A stretch of DNA of 64,000 nucleotides, from the NCBI RefSeq assembly GCF_001194135.2, contig NC_068991.1, forward strand, positions 77,342,267-77,406,266, read 5' to 3'. The position numbers and the translations under genes are program-made. Numbering within the stretch: position 1 is the stretch's first letter; each line of letters opens with the position of its first letter. This DNA is from Octopus bimaculoides. Lineage: Eukaryota. The notes beneath the pieces are model-generated. The model worked only from the letters and a program-made list of their open reading frames with translations, made no database searches and had not been told where the DNA came from. Positions 26,505 to 38,742 of the stretch are shown here, piece after piece.

Positions 26505-28500
26505 TTTTAATTGATTCCCAAAATGGTAACCAAACAGACATCAAGGATTTCAAACTGGAAATGCTCCAGACTGGATGGGGTACAAGGATACTGGCTGAAA
26601 AATTTCTCAGCTCTACACAGAAGAATAGTCATGTAAATGGATAAAATTATCAACAACAATGTACAAATCCCAAAGTGGCTGACCACAAGTAAAAAAATTC
26701 TTTGCCAAAAGAATCCCAGCAAAGGCAATATGGTGGATAATTACTGGCCTATCACCTACCTGCCCTGATGTGAAAGCTGGGGACAGGAATAATATCTGAT
26801 TATGTGTATAACTTCCTGGAAATGAATGACAAACTGCCGGTGGAAGAGAAAGGGTACAGAAGGAAAAGCAGAGGGACAAAGGACGAACTTCTGATAGACA
26901 GAATGGTGCTGAATGACTGCAAGAAAATACTTACTAATCTGGGAATGGAGTGGATCGATTATAAGAAAGTGTATGACATGGTCCCCCATTCCTGGATTCT
27001 TTGAAACTATTGAGCTGGTACAGGTGCCTGATAGCATATCAAATTTTATTAGGAGATCAATGAAAAACCGGAATACAAAGTTAACTTCATGTGGAAAATG
27101 TTTGGTGATAGTTAACATCAGGAGAAGCATATTTCAAGGAGATATCCTATCACCATTGCTGTGATTTGTATGATATCCCTCACACAGATACTATGGAAAG
27201 TGACATTGGGATACACGTTGAAAAGTAGAGGAAAATTAAATCATCTGTTATATATGGATGATTTAAAGATCTTTGGAAAGACCGAACATGAAATAAATGG
27301 CCTAGTTTCAACAGTGCAGTAAGGATATCGGAATGGAATTTGGGACTCAAAAGTGTGGTATGTTTATGATGCAAAGAGGCAAAAGAGTGTTGTCTCATGG
27401 TGTAGAGCTACTCAACAGCAAGAAAATCAAGGATATTAAGACTAAATGATATGAATATCTGGGGATTTTAGAATACAAGAAAATCAAGGAAAATGAGTAT
27501 CTCAGAAGAACCAAATTAATTATGAGAAGTAGACTCAATGGAAAAAACAAAATCAGGAGAATGAACATATGGACTGTTTCATTAATGCAATACAGCACAG
27601 GTGTTGTTAGGTGGGCAAAGAATGAGCTTGAGGAAATGGACAGGAAAACTAGAGAAGTGATGACAGTTAACAAGGAACTACACTCCAAAAGCAATACTGA
27701 CAGACTATATGTGCCTAGAAATGGGGGTGGAAGAGGTTTCATAGGATGTAAAATCTGTATTAATGAGAAGAACAATCTGGGATGGCACATCAAAAAGCAG
27801 ACTGAATCCTTGCTTGTCACTGTTAGAATTAACAATACAATACCTACTGAAAATGTGATGCACCCACGAACATTTAAAAAACAAGATGAAGAAAGAGTAG
27901 ATGACTGGGAAATGAAATACCCGCATGGGCAACACCTGAGATAAATTGGAGGAAAGGAGACAGCTAAGAAAAAGTGATCTGAAAGGATGCACTGAAGTAT
28001 TGATATGCAGTGTCCAGGAACAAATTCTGAGAACAAATTACACCAAATTCCAAATAGATAAGAATAGTGAAATGCCCCATTCTTGGATGTGTGGCAGCAG
28101 AAATGAAACAGTCTCACATATTGTGAGTGAGTGTAGCAAGCTGGCCCAAAAGCACTACAAAAGGGGGCATGATAGCATGGCTAAGTTTGTCCCCAGGAGG
28201 CTATGTGAACAGTATGACCTGAACAGAGCACGGAAATGGTATGAACATGAACCAGAAAGAGTCACCGAAAACAAAGAACATAAGATACTGTGGGATTTTG
28301 CAATCCAATGCAACTCCCTAATCGAGGCTTGGAGACCAGATATTGTTGCGGTAGATAAAGGAAAAAGGGAAACCAAGGTCATAGATATTACAATACCTGA
28401 GGATGCTCGCATAAGTGACACAGGAGTAGAAAAGATTGAAAAGTACAGACTACTAAAAGACGAACTTGCAAGAATGTGGACTACGAGGAGCCTCCCGTTT
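26505..28500 (+). mobile_element. 5'-truncated, frameshifted non-LTR retrotransposon with RT and restriction-like endonuclease (R4/Dong-like clade)
   Basis: RT motifs: DGVQGYWLK, WIDYKKVYDMVPHSWIL, IFQGDILSPLL, NHLLYMDDLK (27251-27262) and DRLYVPRNGGGRG. These are followed by a degenerate CCHC knuckle (MCGSRNETVSHIVSEC), a KRGHD motif and a PD-(D/E)xK-type RLE (RPDIV...VIDITIPED...EKIEKY). Multiple stops and frameshifts. Confidence 0.93.
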
Positions 28501-28553
28501 TAATAATAATAATAATAATAAGGATAATAATAATAATAACAATAATAATAATA
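28499..28553 (+). repeat. (TAA)n tract directly after the R4/Dong-like element
   Basis: TAATAATAAT... follows the last codon of the 27946-28503 ORF. Confidence 0.9.
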
Positions 28554-28574
28554 CTGTGTTGTAGGAATATGATA

Positions 28575-28915
28575 TGGAAGGGAAGACATAATTGAAGAAG
28601 TTAAATAATTTATCAAATACTGGATTCTTTCAATTCTCTGTTTATTGAATATTTTTCTTCTCTTTCAGTACCCACATAAACAGACCACACAATTCAAAGG
28701 TTGAATTTTGATAGATTTGTGCACTTTCTTATCTCCCTTTGCCTTCACTCTTTTCACTCATAATACCAACATATAAACTTCAGCCTTTCAATTGTTTGAT
28801 TTGTTTACATTTGTATTGAAAGAAAAGAAGAAAATTGTATTCAATAATGAGAGAATTGAAAGAATGAAGATATTCAACGAATGAGCTATTTCTGTTTTCG
28901 CTTACGTCTTTTGTC
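28575..28915. mobile_element. MITE-like element with degenerate long inverted termini
   Basis: 28625-28667 (TTCTTTCAATTCTCTGTTTATTGAATATTTTTCTTCTCTTTCA) is the near reverse complement of 28817-28864. Weaker inverted similarity continues outward for about 50 bp. Confidence 0.65.
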
Positions 28916-29222
28916 TCTGCAGTACACTTTTTTTTATTGTAAGTAAACATGCTCCCCATATCATGTTTGCTTTTGTTATTCTGATGTAGAATAATAAAAA
29001 TATTTTATAATAAGATGCCTTTTAAAACTGTAAATAAATGTCTTTTAAGACTGTTTTCCGCATTATTTTCCCTAGGATATTTTCAAATTCAGTTTTCTCA
29101 GCATTTGGTTTTTGAAACATTAGGCATTGATCATTTGAATTTGGCTTTCTCACATTTACACTGCCTATGTTCAGCCTTATGATTAGTACACACGCACACA
29201 CACACACACATATATGTATATA

Positions 29223-29521
29223 TCATCATCATCATCATCATCATCATCGTTTAACGTCCACTTTCCATGCTGGCATGGGTTGGACGATTTGACTGAAGAC
29301 TGGCAAACCAGAAGGCTGCACCAGGCTCCAATCTGATCTGGCAGAGTTTCTACAGCTGGTTGCCCTTCCTAATGCCAACCACTTTGAGAGTGTAGTGGGT
29401 GCTTTTACATGCCACCGGCATGAGGGTCAGTCACACGGTAATGGCAATGGCCACGCTCAAAAAGGTGTTTTTTACATGCCACCTGCACGGGAGCCAGTCC
29501 AGCGGCACTGGCAACGACCTC
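29223..29521 (-). mobile_element. RTE-tail retroposon (family C)
   Basis: (CAT)n then CGTTTAACGTCCACTTTCCATGCTGGCATGGGTTGGACG...; runs into an N gap. Confidence 0.82.
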
Positions 29522-29615
29522 NNNNNNNNNNNNNNNNNNNNNNNNNNNNNNNNNNNNNNNNNNNNNNNNNNNNNNNNNNNNNNNNNNNNNNNNNNNNNNN
29601 NNTATATATATATAT

Positions 29616-29652
<37 letters not shown>

Positions 29653-29655
<3 letters not shown>

Positions 29656-29871
29656 GAGGGGTGCTGAAAAGTTCTTGGCTCTAAGGGTATCACGAAAGGC
29701 CTGGTTGGAGATTCAGCCTTCTGAGTTCTTTTACAGGGCTTAGAAAAACTGAAGGACCATTGCAATAAGTGTGTGAATCTGAGAAGGGGATATATTGGAT
29801 AAAACCATAATTAACTGATTCTCCTGTATTTTCTTTCATCCAAAGTCAAGAACTTTTCAGCACCTCTCATA
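29653..29871 (+). mobile_element. Mariner-derived MITE (about 215 bp) with TA target-site duplication
   Basis: The ends are TA-TGAGGGGTGCTGAAAAGTTCTTGGCT and AGTCAAGAACTTTTCAGCACCTCTCA-TA. Inside is a remnant of the transposase C-terminus (GLEKLKDHCNKCVNLR). Confidence 0.9.
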
Positions 29872-30359
29872 TATTAATGGATCAAATAAGAGGAGTAAAG
29901 ATGTTTATTCCATTAGTTGACAGCTGTTTCATAATCTGTGTCAGTTGCATGAGCAATGATAAATCATCTGTCATACATATGCATACATACACACACACCC
30001 ACACCCATAAATATAATTATGTTGTAACATAATAATCAGACTATACTTCAGCACATTTCATGGCAAGTTAAAACACTGGATTCTGCTATGAACAGAAAAT
30101 AGTTTCATTACATAGTCAGAGACAATAAATGTATCTGACGGATTTCACTCTTTACAAATACTAGATTTTCCATATATGGAGTGCACTAAGGAAGTGAAGA
30201 CAGTAGTCCTAAATAGAAATCCAGGATACAATGAGATAAAGTAAATATAAAAAATGAAATTCTGTAGTATCTAAGTGAGTAAACCATATGATAACAAAAA
30301 ATAAAAAAATAAGATAAATAAATGGATAAACAAAGAAATAGAAACAAAGAAAGAAATGC

Positions 30360-30413
30360 GATCTAATGATTGAAATAGGATCTAACGATTGAAATAGGAT
30401 CTAACGATTGAAA
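30360..30413 (+). repeat. 19-bp minisatellite, about 3 copies
   Basis: GATCTAA(T/C)GATTGAAATAG twice plus a partial third copy. Confidence 0.9.
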
Positions 30414-31690
30414 ATGGAGGCCTAAAAACAATGCATATTTTTAGTAGAGGCACTTAGATGCATAACAAAGTGGCCTAAAGTATTGAAGTTTTATGCACAA
30501 CTGATTTAGAAGGTCAGACATGTCATTCTGAGACCAATGACAATGGCATCAACATACACACCCACACACTTATGCCTCATATAAATGTTCCCCTGCACAC
30601 GTATTCATACTTCCTCGTTCCATTGTCATCAACCTCGCTGGTTCCATTCCTGTCAACGTCACTATTGTGACTCTCTCTCTCTCTCAATTTCTCCTTGTTG
30701 ACTCCTTGCTGACTCCCTTGTTGCCATCCCCTTTGGCTGCATCAGTGAGTCCTTTCCTATCACATTCACTTCATCCTGCTTCTTTTGCAGGCCCTGGCAT
30801 GTTTAGTTTATATCCTGCTATCAATGGGTCAGTTGATTAATTGCTTATTCAATGTAACTAAGATGGTTTACCAAACAACAGAGAAAATAACCGATATCTC
30901 TAAGGAAGATTCATAAATCATAAATGGTTTAAAAACCATTAATTTATAAAAACTGAAATAACATTGCATGATATTTAAGAATTTATAAGATGTTTTTAAA
31001 TCACTGAGTGAAGTGGATATTATAGTTTCAAATTGTAGTTTTTTGTTTTAAATTTCAAATCCAGTCATTATTGGCTCCAGCATTCATTCTTCAATGGATT
31101 TTTAAGATAATTACAGTTATACACAAAAGGTGATTGCCATGACTATACTTCTCTTTTACAAAATATTGTCCTTTCTCTTTGTCAAAAGGGAAAAAGGAAT
31201 TAATATTGAAGATGTTCAAATTCATGAAATTCAAGACTTTAAAGGTATTGCACCATTTAGTTTTTGTCCTTCAAGATTCCAAAGGATTTCATTTTGTATT
31301 TCATCCTTCATATATGGGATCCATGAAACCAAGTAGAGTGTTTTATACTTCAGTTTCCTTGCATGTCTAAAAAATCCTGAACAAAGGCATAAATTTTATG
31401 TCCACCTTTATTCTTTATAAACACATAAAACTGTAGCCGCTTTTGTGCGTGTTTCTGGTGAATGCAATGAATTACTTAGTTTCCTTGCAAAACAATATGG
31501 TAACTCATTTTCTTTTTTAATTCTTTAACGAAGACTTATCATTTCTAACAGACTGTTCGATAAATACCTTTGAAAAAGCATGAAAATCACTGTCTCCATT
31601 ATTTTTGTTGCCTTCATTAAAAGAATGGACAAAAAGTTAAATATTTTCAATATTAAAGTAGATATTTCTTGGTGTTCATTCCAGCATTTG

Positions 31691-31733
<43 letters not shown>

Positions 31734-32242
31734 ACACACAAACACACATGCACATGCACACTTGGCAAGTCAGATAAGTGCATGCATGAAACTTTCAGCT
31801 CTTGAGTCACTTATGTAGCTTTACAGCAAAATAAACACACACACACACACACACATACATGCACACACGCCCACACACAAATAATAGTTACAGTATCCTA
31901 ATAAAAGAGAGAAAAACAATTATTCAATGTTTTAATTTTAATAAACCCAAATTATGAAGCAATAAATAAAGTACAAAAAAAAAATCACATTTACATTAAT
32001 ATTTACTATAAACATAATTATTTAATGTCTAATGTTTTACCATTAATTTAAGAAAAACATTTTCATTCCATAATTGAAGCTTATTATTAGTAAAATATTC
32101 AATAGATTTGTTTTCTCTTTTTTGTCATCGTTGTTGTAGCTTTTGTCAGTCTTTTCATCTTTAACTGTTTGATTTGATATTGTTTTTTACATCTCTCACA
32201 AGTATTGTACAACCTCTGTTTCATCCCTGTCACCCCCTATTG

Positions 32243-32492
32243 TACGAGGGTGAGTCAAAAAGTGATGCCATTTTGTTTAGGACAGGTATAATTACCAGCA
32301 CAGGAACATGTATCCTACATCAAAATGAAGCTGGTCCTCTGTGGATCACATCCCTACTTCTCAACATAGTCACTGTTTCTCTCAATAGCAATGTTCCACC
32401 TTCGAATGAGAGCATGTATCCCTGCCCCGTAAAATTCTGTTGACTGTTCTGAGCCACTTCTTCACTACAGTTTTCACTTCCTCGTCACTGGA
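32243..32492 (-). mobile_element. 3' end fragment of a mariner element
   Basis: It begins TA-CGAGGGTGAGTCAAAAAG, a mariner-type TIR. The minus strand reads SSDEEVKTVVKKWLR..STEFYGAGIHALIRRWNIAIERNSDYVEK*, a typical mariner C-terminus. Confidence 0.88.
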
Positions 32493-32864
32493 CTATCATC
32501 ATCACTGTACTATCATCGTCATTGGACTATCATCTCTTTGGCCCCATGAAAGAGGGTTTGAGAGGCATCCCTAAAACTCCCCACAAATCATGTAGTTGAG
32601 GAAAGTACTTCAAGGAATCAGTTTCTACACTAAATATGAACATGGTAAGGTCTCACAAATGTAATATTATAAGAATTTTGACCAGCTGTAATTATTCAAG
32701 TAATTAGAAGATAAAAGAACCCCCCCTCTAATGGTGTTTAAGGTCTAAAAGCCACATGTGAAAGGAAGAATTCCCATAAGAGTTGACAACTGAAATATTT
32801 GGACAATATAGACAACAGGGATTGGAGTGGATCTGGTCTTTAAAGGCAGCAGCTGAAACCAACA

Positions 32865-32951
32865 GTCCTAGCTCTTTACAGTTTGAGTCCTCTAGCTCTT
32901 TGCATGCTGAGTCCTCTAGCTCTTTGCATGCTGTGTCCTAGCTCTTTGCAG
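32865..32951 (+). repeat. 22-24 bp minisatellite, about 4 copies
   Basis: GTCC(TC)TAGCTCTTT(G/A)CA(TGCTGA) repeated. Confidence 0.85.
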
Positions 32952-33304
32952 TCTAAGTTCAAAACCTACTGAGTGGGTCACATATATAATACATAGAGTT
33001 CACCACACATTTAACGACACCATCTGATAGATCATGGATATTACAATTCCTTCTGATTAAGCAAAACAAAAAATTGTCCACTCAACCCCTGCCCCTCTAC
33101 TATGCAACTTTGGACTTCATACAGTGCTGATTGGGTTGCTTGAGTATCAGAAGCTGACAACTATTTCTAATGAGCCTTTCTTGGTAATTGAATCAGTTAA
33201 CTTCTTAGATGCTCTTTCTGCTAACTACTTTTGTGCATTATTACACATGAAATACTTCTTTACTGGATATTCCAATGATATTCCACTACACCATTTTGTG
33301 TACC

Positions 33305-33359
33305 AGGTTGGAACTCTGTACTGTGTTTACATTGGACACACAGTACAGAGTTCCAACCT
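33305..33359. other. Perfect 22-bp inverted repeat with 11-nt loop
   Basis: AGGTTGGAACTCTGTACTGTGT (33305-33326), loop TTACATTGGAC, then ACACAGTACAGAGTTCCAACCT (33338-33359), the exact reverse complement. Confidence 0.95.
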
Positions 33360-33676
33360 ACATCCTTTCTATACGCTAAGCATGTCTACTTTCCTGTTGG
33401 TAGTAGTGTCCCAAATCATATGCACACATGCAAGCACATGTGCACATTCACATACACATACACATATGCACACAAACACACTTATACATGTGCACATCCA
33501 CATAGACACATACATGCACACACACACTCATGTATATTTGATCTGAGAGTGGACATAAATAGGCAGAATACAATGAGAATGCTTTAGTTTCTTTATCATT
33601 GTCTTTCCTGTCTGTGCTCCAACTCAGATTAAATATACAAATGTATTATTTGATCATTGATAATCTATTAATTAAT

Positions 33677-33718
<42 letters not shown>

Positions 33719-33989
33719 TGAATGAGTGCAGATGGTCAAATCAATAATGTTTTGTAGAATCAACCAATGAGTTGATGGTTCATATCCTGTTACTTCCACT
33801 ATGTTTTATTATGTAACCAAGGCAAAGTCCTACCAACGTAGCTAACACTAATTAGAAATATCTCACCATTGTAAAATTGACAAGCAGTTTTTTTGTCTTG
33901 CACTGATGCTGTCAATTCCTGTTGCTGTGGTTAAGCAATGTGATGGAGTGAGATGAAGCATTTTAATTTATGGATATTACTCATTAGTC

Positions 33990-34310
33990 AGATTGTTAGT
34001 GAGGTCCTCTTGTTCAAAGAACATCAGGCTTCAAGTGCCAGGTCATAAGCCTCATCTCACAAGATCATCTTCCAGTTCTGCCAACCAGTTCTTCTTCTGA
34101 TGCCCTTTTTTCCTGGGACCACATGGAGACCACTCAAAACACTGGTGTGGAAATCAAGAGGGACCATCCTAAGGGACACAGCCAAGCCACTTCATCCTCC
34201 TACTGGTTACCAACTGACTTAGTGTGTATGAGATCCCTAATCTTCCTAGCACTGGTGTATCTTATGCTGCATTTTGTTGGAAGATGTTCAGTTTTGTGTC
34301 TATGACCTTA
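33990..34310 (-). pseudogene. Decayed RTE-type LINE 3' coding relic
   Basis: The minus strand reads KLNIFQQ...RMKWLGCV...WSPCGPRKKGHQKKNWLAELEDDL, similar to the RTE C-terminal WLGHV.R...W.P.G.R..GRP..TW...DL. Confidence 0.6.
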
Positions 34311-34857
34311 GTCAGAGGTCATGACTCACGGCTAAAGAGAATGTTAGGCGAAGAGATGGAGGGGAAAAAATCATCACTTTAATTAGTAATTCTCACCAAG
34401 CAAAGTAAGGAAGATGGCTTTGAAGTTTGAATTAACTGGAATTAAATGTTGACCTGCAATGAGTACTTACGCAAGTTTGACGACAACTTCAGGTATGTTT
34501 TGATTTTGTTAGATTGCTTCAGTAAACTATAGAATTTAGTCATACCTATTGGAGCTGAGATGGCTGAGAGATATAAATAGAGTGAATAAATGTTGGCTGG
34601 AAGTTGTGGATCGGGGGAGAGAAAGAAAGACTTAGTGCTTGTGTGGTGTACCCACTGTAGTCCTATAAGTTATGGGTCTTACCTTATGCTTATCAATGTA
34701 TGTATAAGAGCAGGCATTGTTGTGTGGGAATGAAGTTTGTCTTGCAGCCACATTGCTCTGGGGTCAATCCCACTGCAAGGCACCTTTGGCAAATGTCTTC
34801 TACTGTAGCCTCAGATTGAACTTATGTCTTATGAATGGCACATTGCATGTGTGCAAG

Positions 34858-34896
<39 letters not shown>

Positions 34897-35899
34897 CACT
34901 GACACAAATCAGCAAAAGATATATCATCCTCAAAATTAATGATTTCAAATAAAAATTCCTTGTGGTTTCCTTTCACCAAAGTTTCTCTTTTGTAATTCCT
35001 GCCATTAAAAGTAATGAACCAGTGTTTGGCTTCTGGGCCTATAAGAGTGGGGTTCAGTCAAGGACTAGAAAACCATCGAGGGCCTTTTCTTAAAAAAGCA
35101 CAAAACTACTTAATAATAATGTTACATGCTAATTCAATACATAATTAATTTAATTAATTAATTAATTAATTAATTAATTTAACCAGTATCAGCAGCAGCA
35201 GCAGCTATATAACTCAGATTAGCGATATATTTAGTGAAATTGAATCAGTACCATATTCCTGTTCTGTGGTGTATCATTAGCATCATCCTAATAGTATTAC
35301 CAATAGCTTAGCAAGTCTTCAAGGTCAAACAGTCCAACCGTTTCTGAAGAATGGTCCAAATCTTAGGGATCCTTTCTCTTCTCTCTATCTTTTTCTCTTC
35401 TTTTCTTTTATTACTTTCAGTGTTTTATCTTCCTTGCAAACACGCATCCACAGAAGCATTCATTAAAAGCATGCTTGTATTCACAAATACGTGATTGCAC
35501 ACAGGCATATATAGACATTCATATGCACATATATGCACACGTGCATGCATGCTCATACACATCTAGATTCACAGACACGTTCCTGCAGGTAAGCGTACAT
35601 ATTCTCACATGCCAAAAAATACGACTACATGCACATTGAAATATTTTTTCTGTTAAACTTGGCACCTCAATCTTTTCAGCCTACACAAGACATTGACGAG
35701 TGGCAGTGTTATAATCCGTTGTGTAGGTTGAGACAATCATAATGCTAAGTCTTAGATTAAAAATAAATGTAAATCTTCAAATTCACACATTGAAATATGA
35801 TGATATACACATTTACACCAATGCTCTTTATACTCCAGCTCTATACATTCACAGTTCAGTTTCTATTTCATGTCAATGACCTCAACTTGATAGGAAACA

Positions 35900-36210
35900 T
35901 GTTGTTGTTGGCACTCCGTCGCTTACGACGTCGAGGGTTCCAGTTGATCTGATCAACAGAACAGCCTACTCGTGAAATTAACGTGCAAGTGGCTGAGCAC
36001 TCCACAGACACGTGTACCCTTAATGTAGTTCTCAGGGATATTCAGCATGACACAGTGTGACAAGGCTGACCCTTTGAATTACAGGTACAACAGAAAGAGG
36101 AAGTAAGGGTGAGAGAAAGTTGTGGTGAAAGAGTACTGCAGGGTTCGCCACCATCCCCTGCCGGAGCCTTGCGGGGCTTTAGGTGTTTTTGCTCAATAAA
36201 CACTCACAAT
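35900..36210 (-). mobile_element. SINE-like retroposon with (CAA)n tail, 5'-truncated
   Basis: A CpG-rich body ends on the minus strand in GGAACCCTCGACGTCGTAAGCGACGGAGTGCCAACAACAACA. The CpG content stands out against the background. Confidence 0.65.
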
Positions 36211-36532
36211 CCACCCCTAAACAATCCTCTGCCACCTTCAGTATGACCCTACAACCTCTTGTTATTTTCCTTCTTCTAATCACATCATCCTCTCAAATGC
36301 TTTTATGATAGGAGAGTTTTGTGACAGTAAACAAGAAATCACTGTGAGTGACTTATCTCCCTTTTTAAAACCTGGGATGAATTAGACTGGGGCAGAAAAG
36401 GTTCAAGAATAGAAGCTGAGTTTAGAAACCTTCTCCATTGGACGATTAACGGAGAAAGTAACTTTGTGCTAGATGTTCAGGAGTAATAAACATATAGGAA
36501 ATAAATTTTCTTGAATGTCCAAGAGGAACCTT

Positions 36533-37079
36533 ACTCTTTTACTCTTTTACTTGTTTCAGTCATTTGACTGTGGCCATGCTGGAGCACCGCCTTTAGTCGA
36601 GCAAATCGACCCCAGGACTTATTCTTTGGATGCCTAGTACTTATTCTATCAGTCTCTTTTGCCGAACCGCTAAGTTACGGGGACGTAAACACACCAGCAT
36701 CGGTTGTCAAGCGATGTTGGAGGGACAAACACAGACACATATACATATANNNNNNNNNNNNNNNNNNNNNNNNNNNNNNNNNNNNNNNNNNNNNNNNNNN
36801 NNNNNNNNNNNNNNNNNNNNNNNNNNNNNNNNNNNNNNNNNNNNNNNNNNNNNNNNNNNNNNNNNNNNNNNNNNNNNNNNNNNNNNNNNNNNNNNTATAT
36901 ACATATATATATATATATACATATATACGATAGGCTTCTTTCAGTTTCCGTCTACCAAATCCACTCCCAAGGCTTTGGTCGGCTCGAGGCTATAGTAGAA
37001 GGTACTTGCCCAAGGTGCCATGCAATGGGACTGAACCCGGAACAATGTGGTTGGTAGGCAAGCTACTTACCACACAGCC
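36533..37079 (-). mobile_element. SINE family A, near full length, interrupted by an N gap in the internal microsatellite
   Basis: TTACTTGTTTCAGTCATTTGACTGTGGCCATGCTGGAGCACC...GGCTTCTTTCAGTTTCCGTC...GGGACTGAACC...CTTACCACACAGCC. Confidence 0.88.
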
Positions 37080-37379
37080 GGAGAAGAAGAAGAAGTAAAT
37101 TGTTTCTGTTACCCAGGTAACCGAATTAGTAGTGGTGCAAGATGTTCTGAGAATTCTAGCATATTGTAGGTTCTTATTTCTTTGTCCTTGCGATTATCTT
37201 TCTGATAGATTTCATTATAGTGTGTCCTAGCTACGTATGTATGTATGTATGTATGTATGTATGTATGTATGTATGTATGTATGTATGTATGTATGTATGT
37301 GTGTGTGTATGTGGTGCTCCAGCATTGCCACAGCCTTAGAGCAGAAACATGTAAAAGAATGAAAGAATATATCACCCTT

Positions 37380-37575
37380 TAATATGTGTTTTCCATGCTG
37401 GCATGGGTTGGATTGTTTGGCAAGGGTTGGCAAGGCTGGAGAGCTACCCAGGCTTCATTTGTCTGTTTTGGCATGGTTTCTATGGCTGGATGCCCTTCCT
37501 AATGCCAAACACTTCACAGAATGTCCTGGGTGCTTTTTGCATGGCACCAGCACCCACAGGCCCTCAAGACAAGGA
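37380..37575 (-). mobile_element. RTE-tail retroposon (family C)
   Basis: TTTTCCATGCTGGCATGGGTTGGA...GGCTGGATGCCCTTCCTAATGCCAA...GGTGCTTTTTGCATGGCACC. Confidence 0.78.
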
Positions 37576-37614
37576 TCTCTTGACTGAGAGAGGGATGAAG
37601 AGAACATGCATGGA

Positions 37615-37660
<46 letters not shown>

Positions 37661-38091
37661 TCATCATCATTGTGATATATGTGTGTGTGTATATGTTTGT
37701 GTGTGTGTGACTGTTTCCATGCATATAGGCATATATGTAAAAAAAATACCATCATTGTCATTTTAATGTACAATTTTCCATGTTTATTTGGATTAAACAG
37801 AATTTGTTGAGGCAAATTTTTCTCTTCCCTTCCTGTTGCCAAACCTCACCAAGTTAAAAGATATTTTCCCATTGTTCAGAAATGTTTTCTGGGAAGACTG
37901 GAAATGGATGACACCTCTTGTCTGACAGTGACTTCTATAATGTGATGTTGAGATGAGGACACAAAAACACACATACACAAACATATGCACACACAGACAC
38001 ATGCATGCACTCACGCACACACACACACACATGCACACACACACACGTAAATAGATGTTTATTCAATTATATATACATATATTTTTTTATT

Positions 38092-38300
38092 ATTTTACTT
38101 GTTTCAGTCATTTGGCTGCGGTCATACTGGGGCACCACCTTCAGCTGAACAAATTGATTCCAGGACTTATTTTTTGTGAGCCTAGTACTTATTCTGTCAG
38201 TCTGTTTTTCTGAACTGCTAAGTTACGGGGATGTAAACACACCAACATCAGTTTTCAAGCGATGTGGAGGGGGACAAACATCCACACACACACCCAAATG
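38092..38300 (-). mobile_element. SINE family A, 3' half
   Basis: Tail and body match 36540-36740. It ends in (CA)n next to an N gap. Confidence 0.8.
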
Positions 38301-38709
38301 CACACACACACACCCACCCAAATACACACACACACACACACACNNNNNNNNNNNNNNNNNNNNNNNNNNNNNNNNNNNNNNNNNNNNNNNNNNNNNNNNN
38401 NNNNNNNNNNNNNNNNNNNNNNNNNNNNNNNNNNNNNNNNNNNNNNNNNNNNNNNNNNNNNNNNNNNNNNNNNNNNNNNNNNNNNNNNNNNNNNNNNNNN
38501 NNNNNNNNNNNNNNNNNNNNNNNNNNNNNNNNNNNNNNNNNNNNNNNNNNNNNNNNNNNNNNNNNNNNNNNNNNNNNNNNNNNNNNNNNNNNNNNNNNNN
38601 NNNNNNNNNNNNNNNNNNNNNNNNNNNNNNNNNNNNNNNNNNNNNNNNNNNNNNNNNNNNNNTATATGTGTGTGTGTGTGTGTGTGTATGTATGTACACA
38701 GTCACGCAT

Positions 38710-38742
<33 letters not shown>

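Noticed and set aside
21842-30827. In-frame micro-exon chain 21842-21866 + 24369-24399 + 28923-28938 + 30791-30827 giving LFVILRVRGSTIGNRDNWYTFFYCPGMFSLYPAING
   Set aside because: Only about 36 codons, which can stay open by chance. No protein recognised. The second segment lies inside an antisense LINE relic and the third borders a MITE terminus. Not called as CDS.
34400-34540. Overlapping splice donors on both strands (CAG|GTATGT on +, TGC|GTAAGT on -)
   Set aside because: No convincing acceptor with an open frame for either, and it lies next to a LINE relic.
35678-35735. TGGCAGTGT (miR-34/449 seed) within a stem-loop
   Set aside because: The rest does not match miR-34, the seed would start in the loop, and the stem has a large bulge or internal loop.
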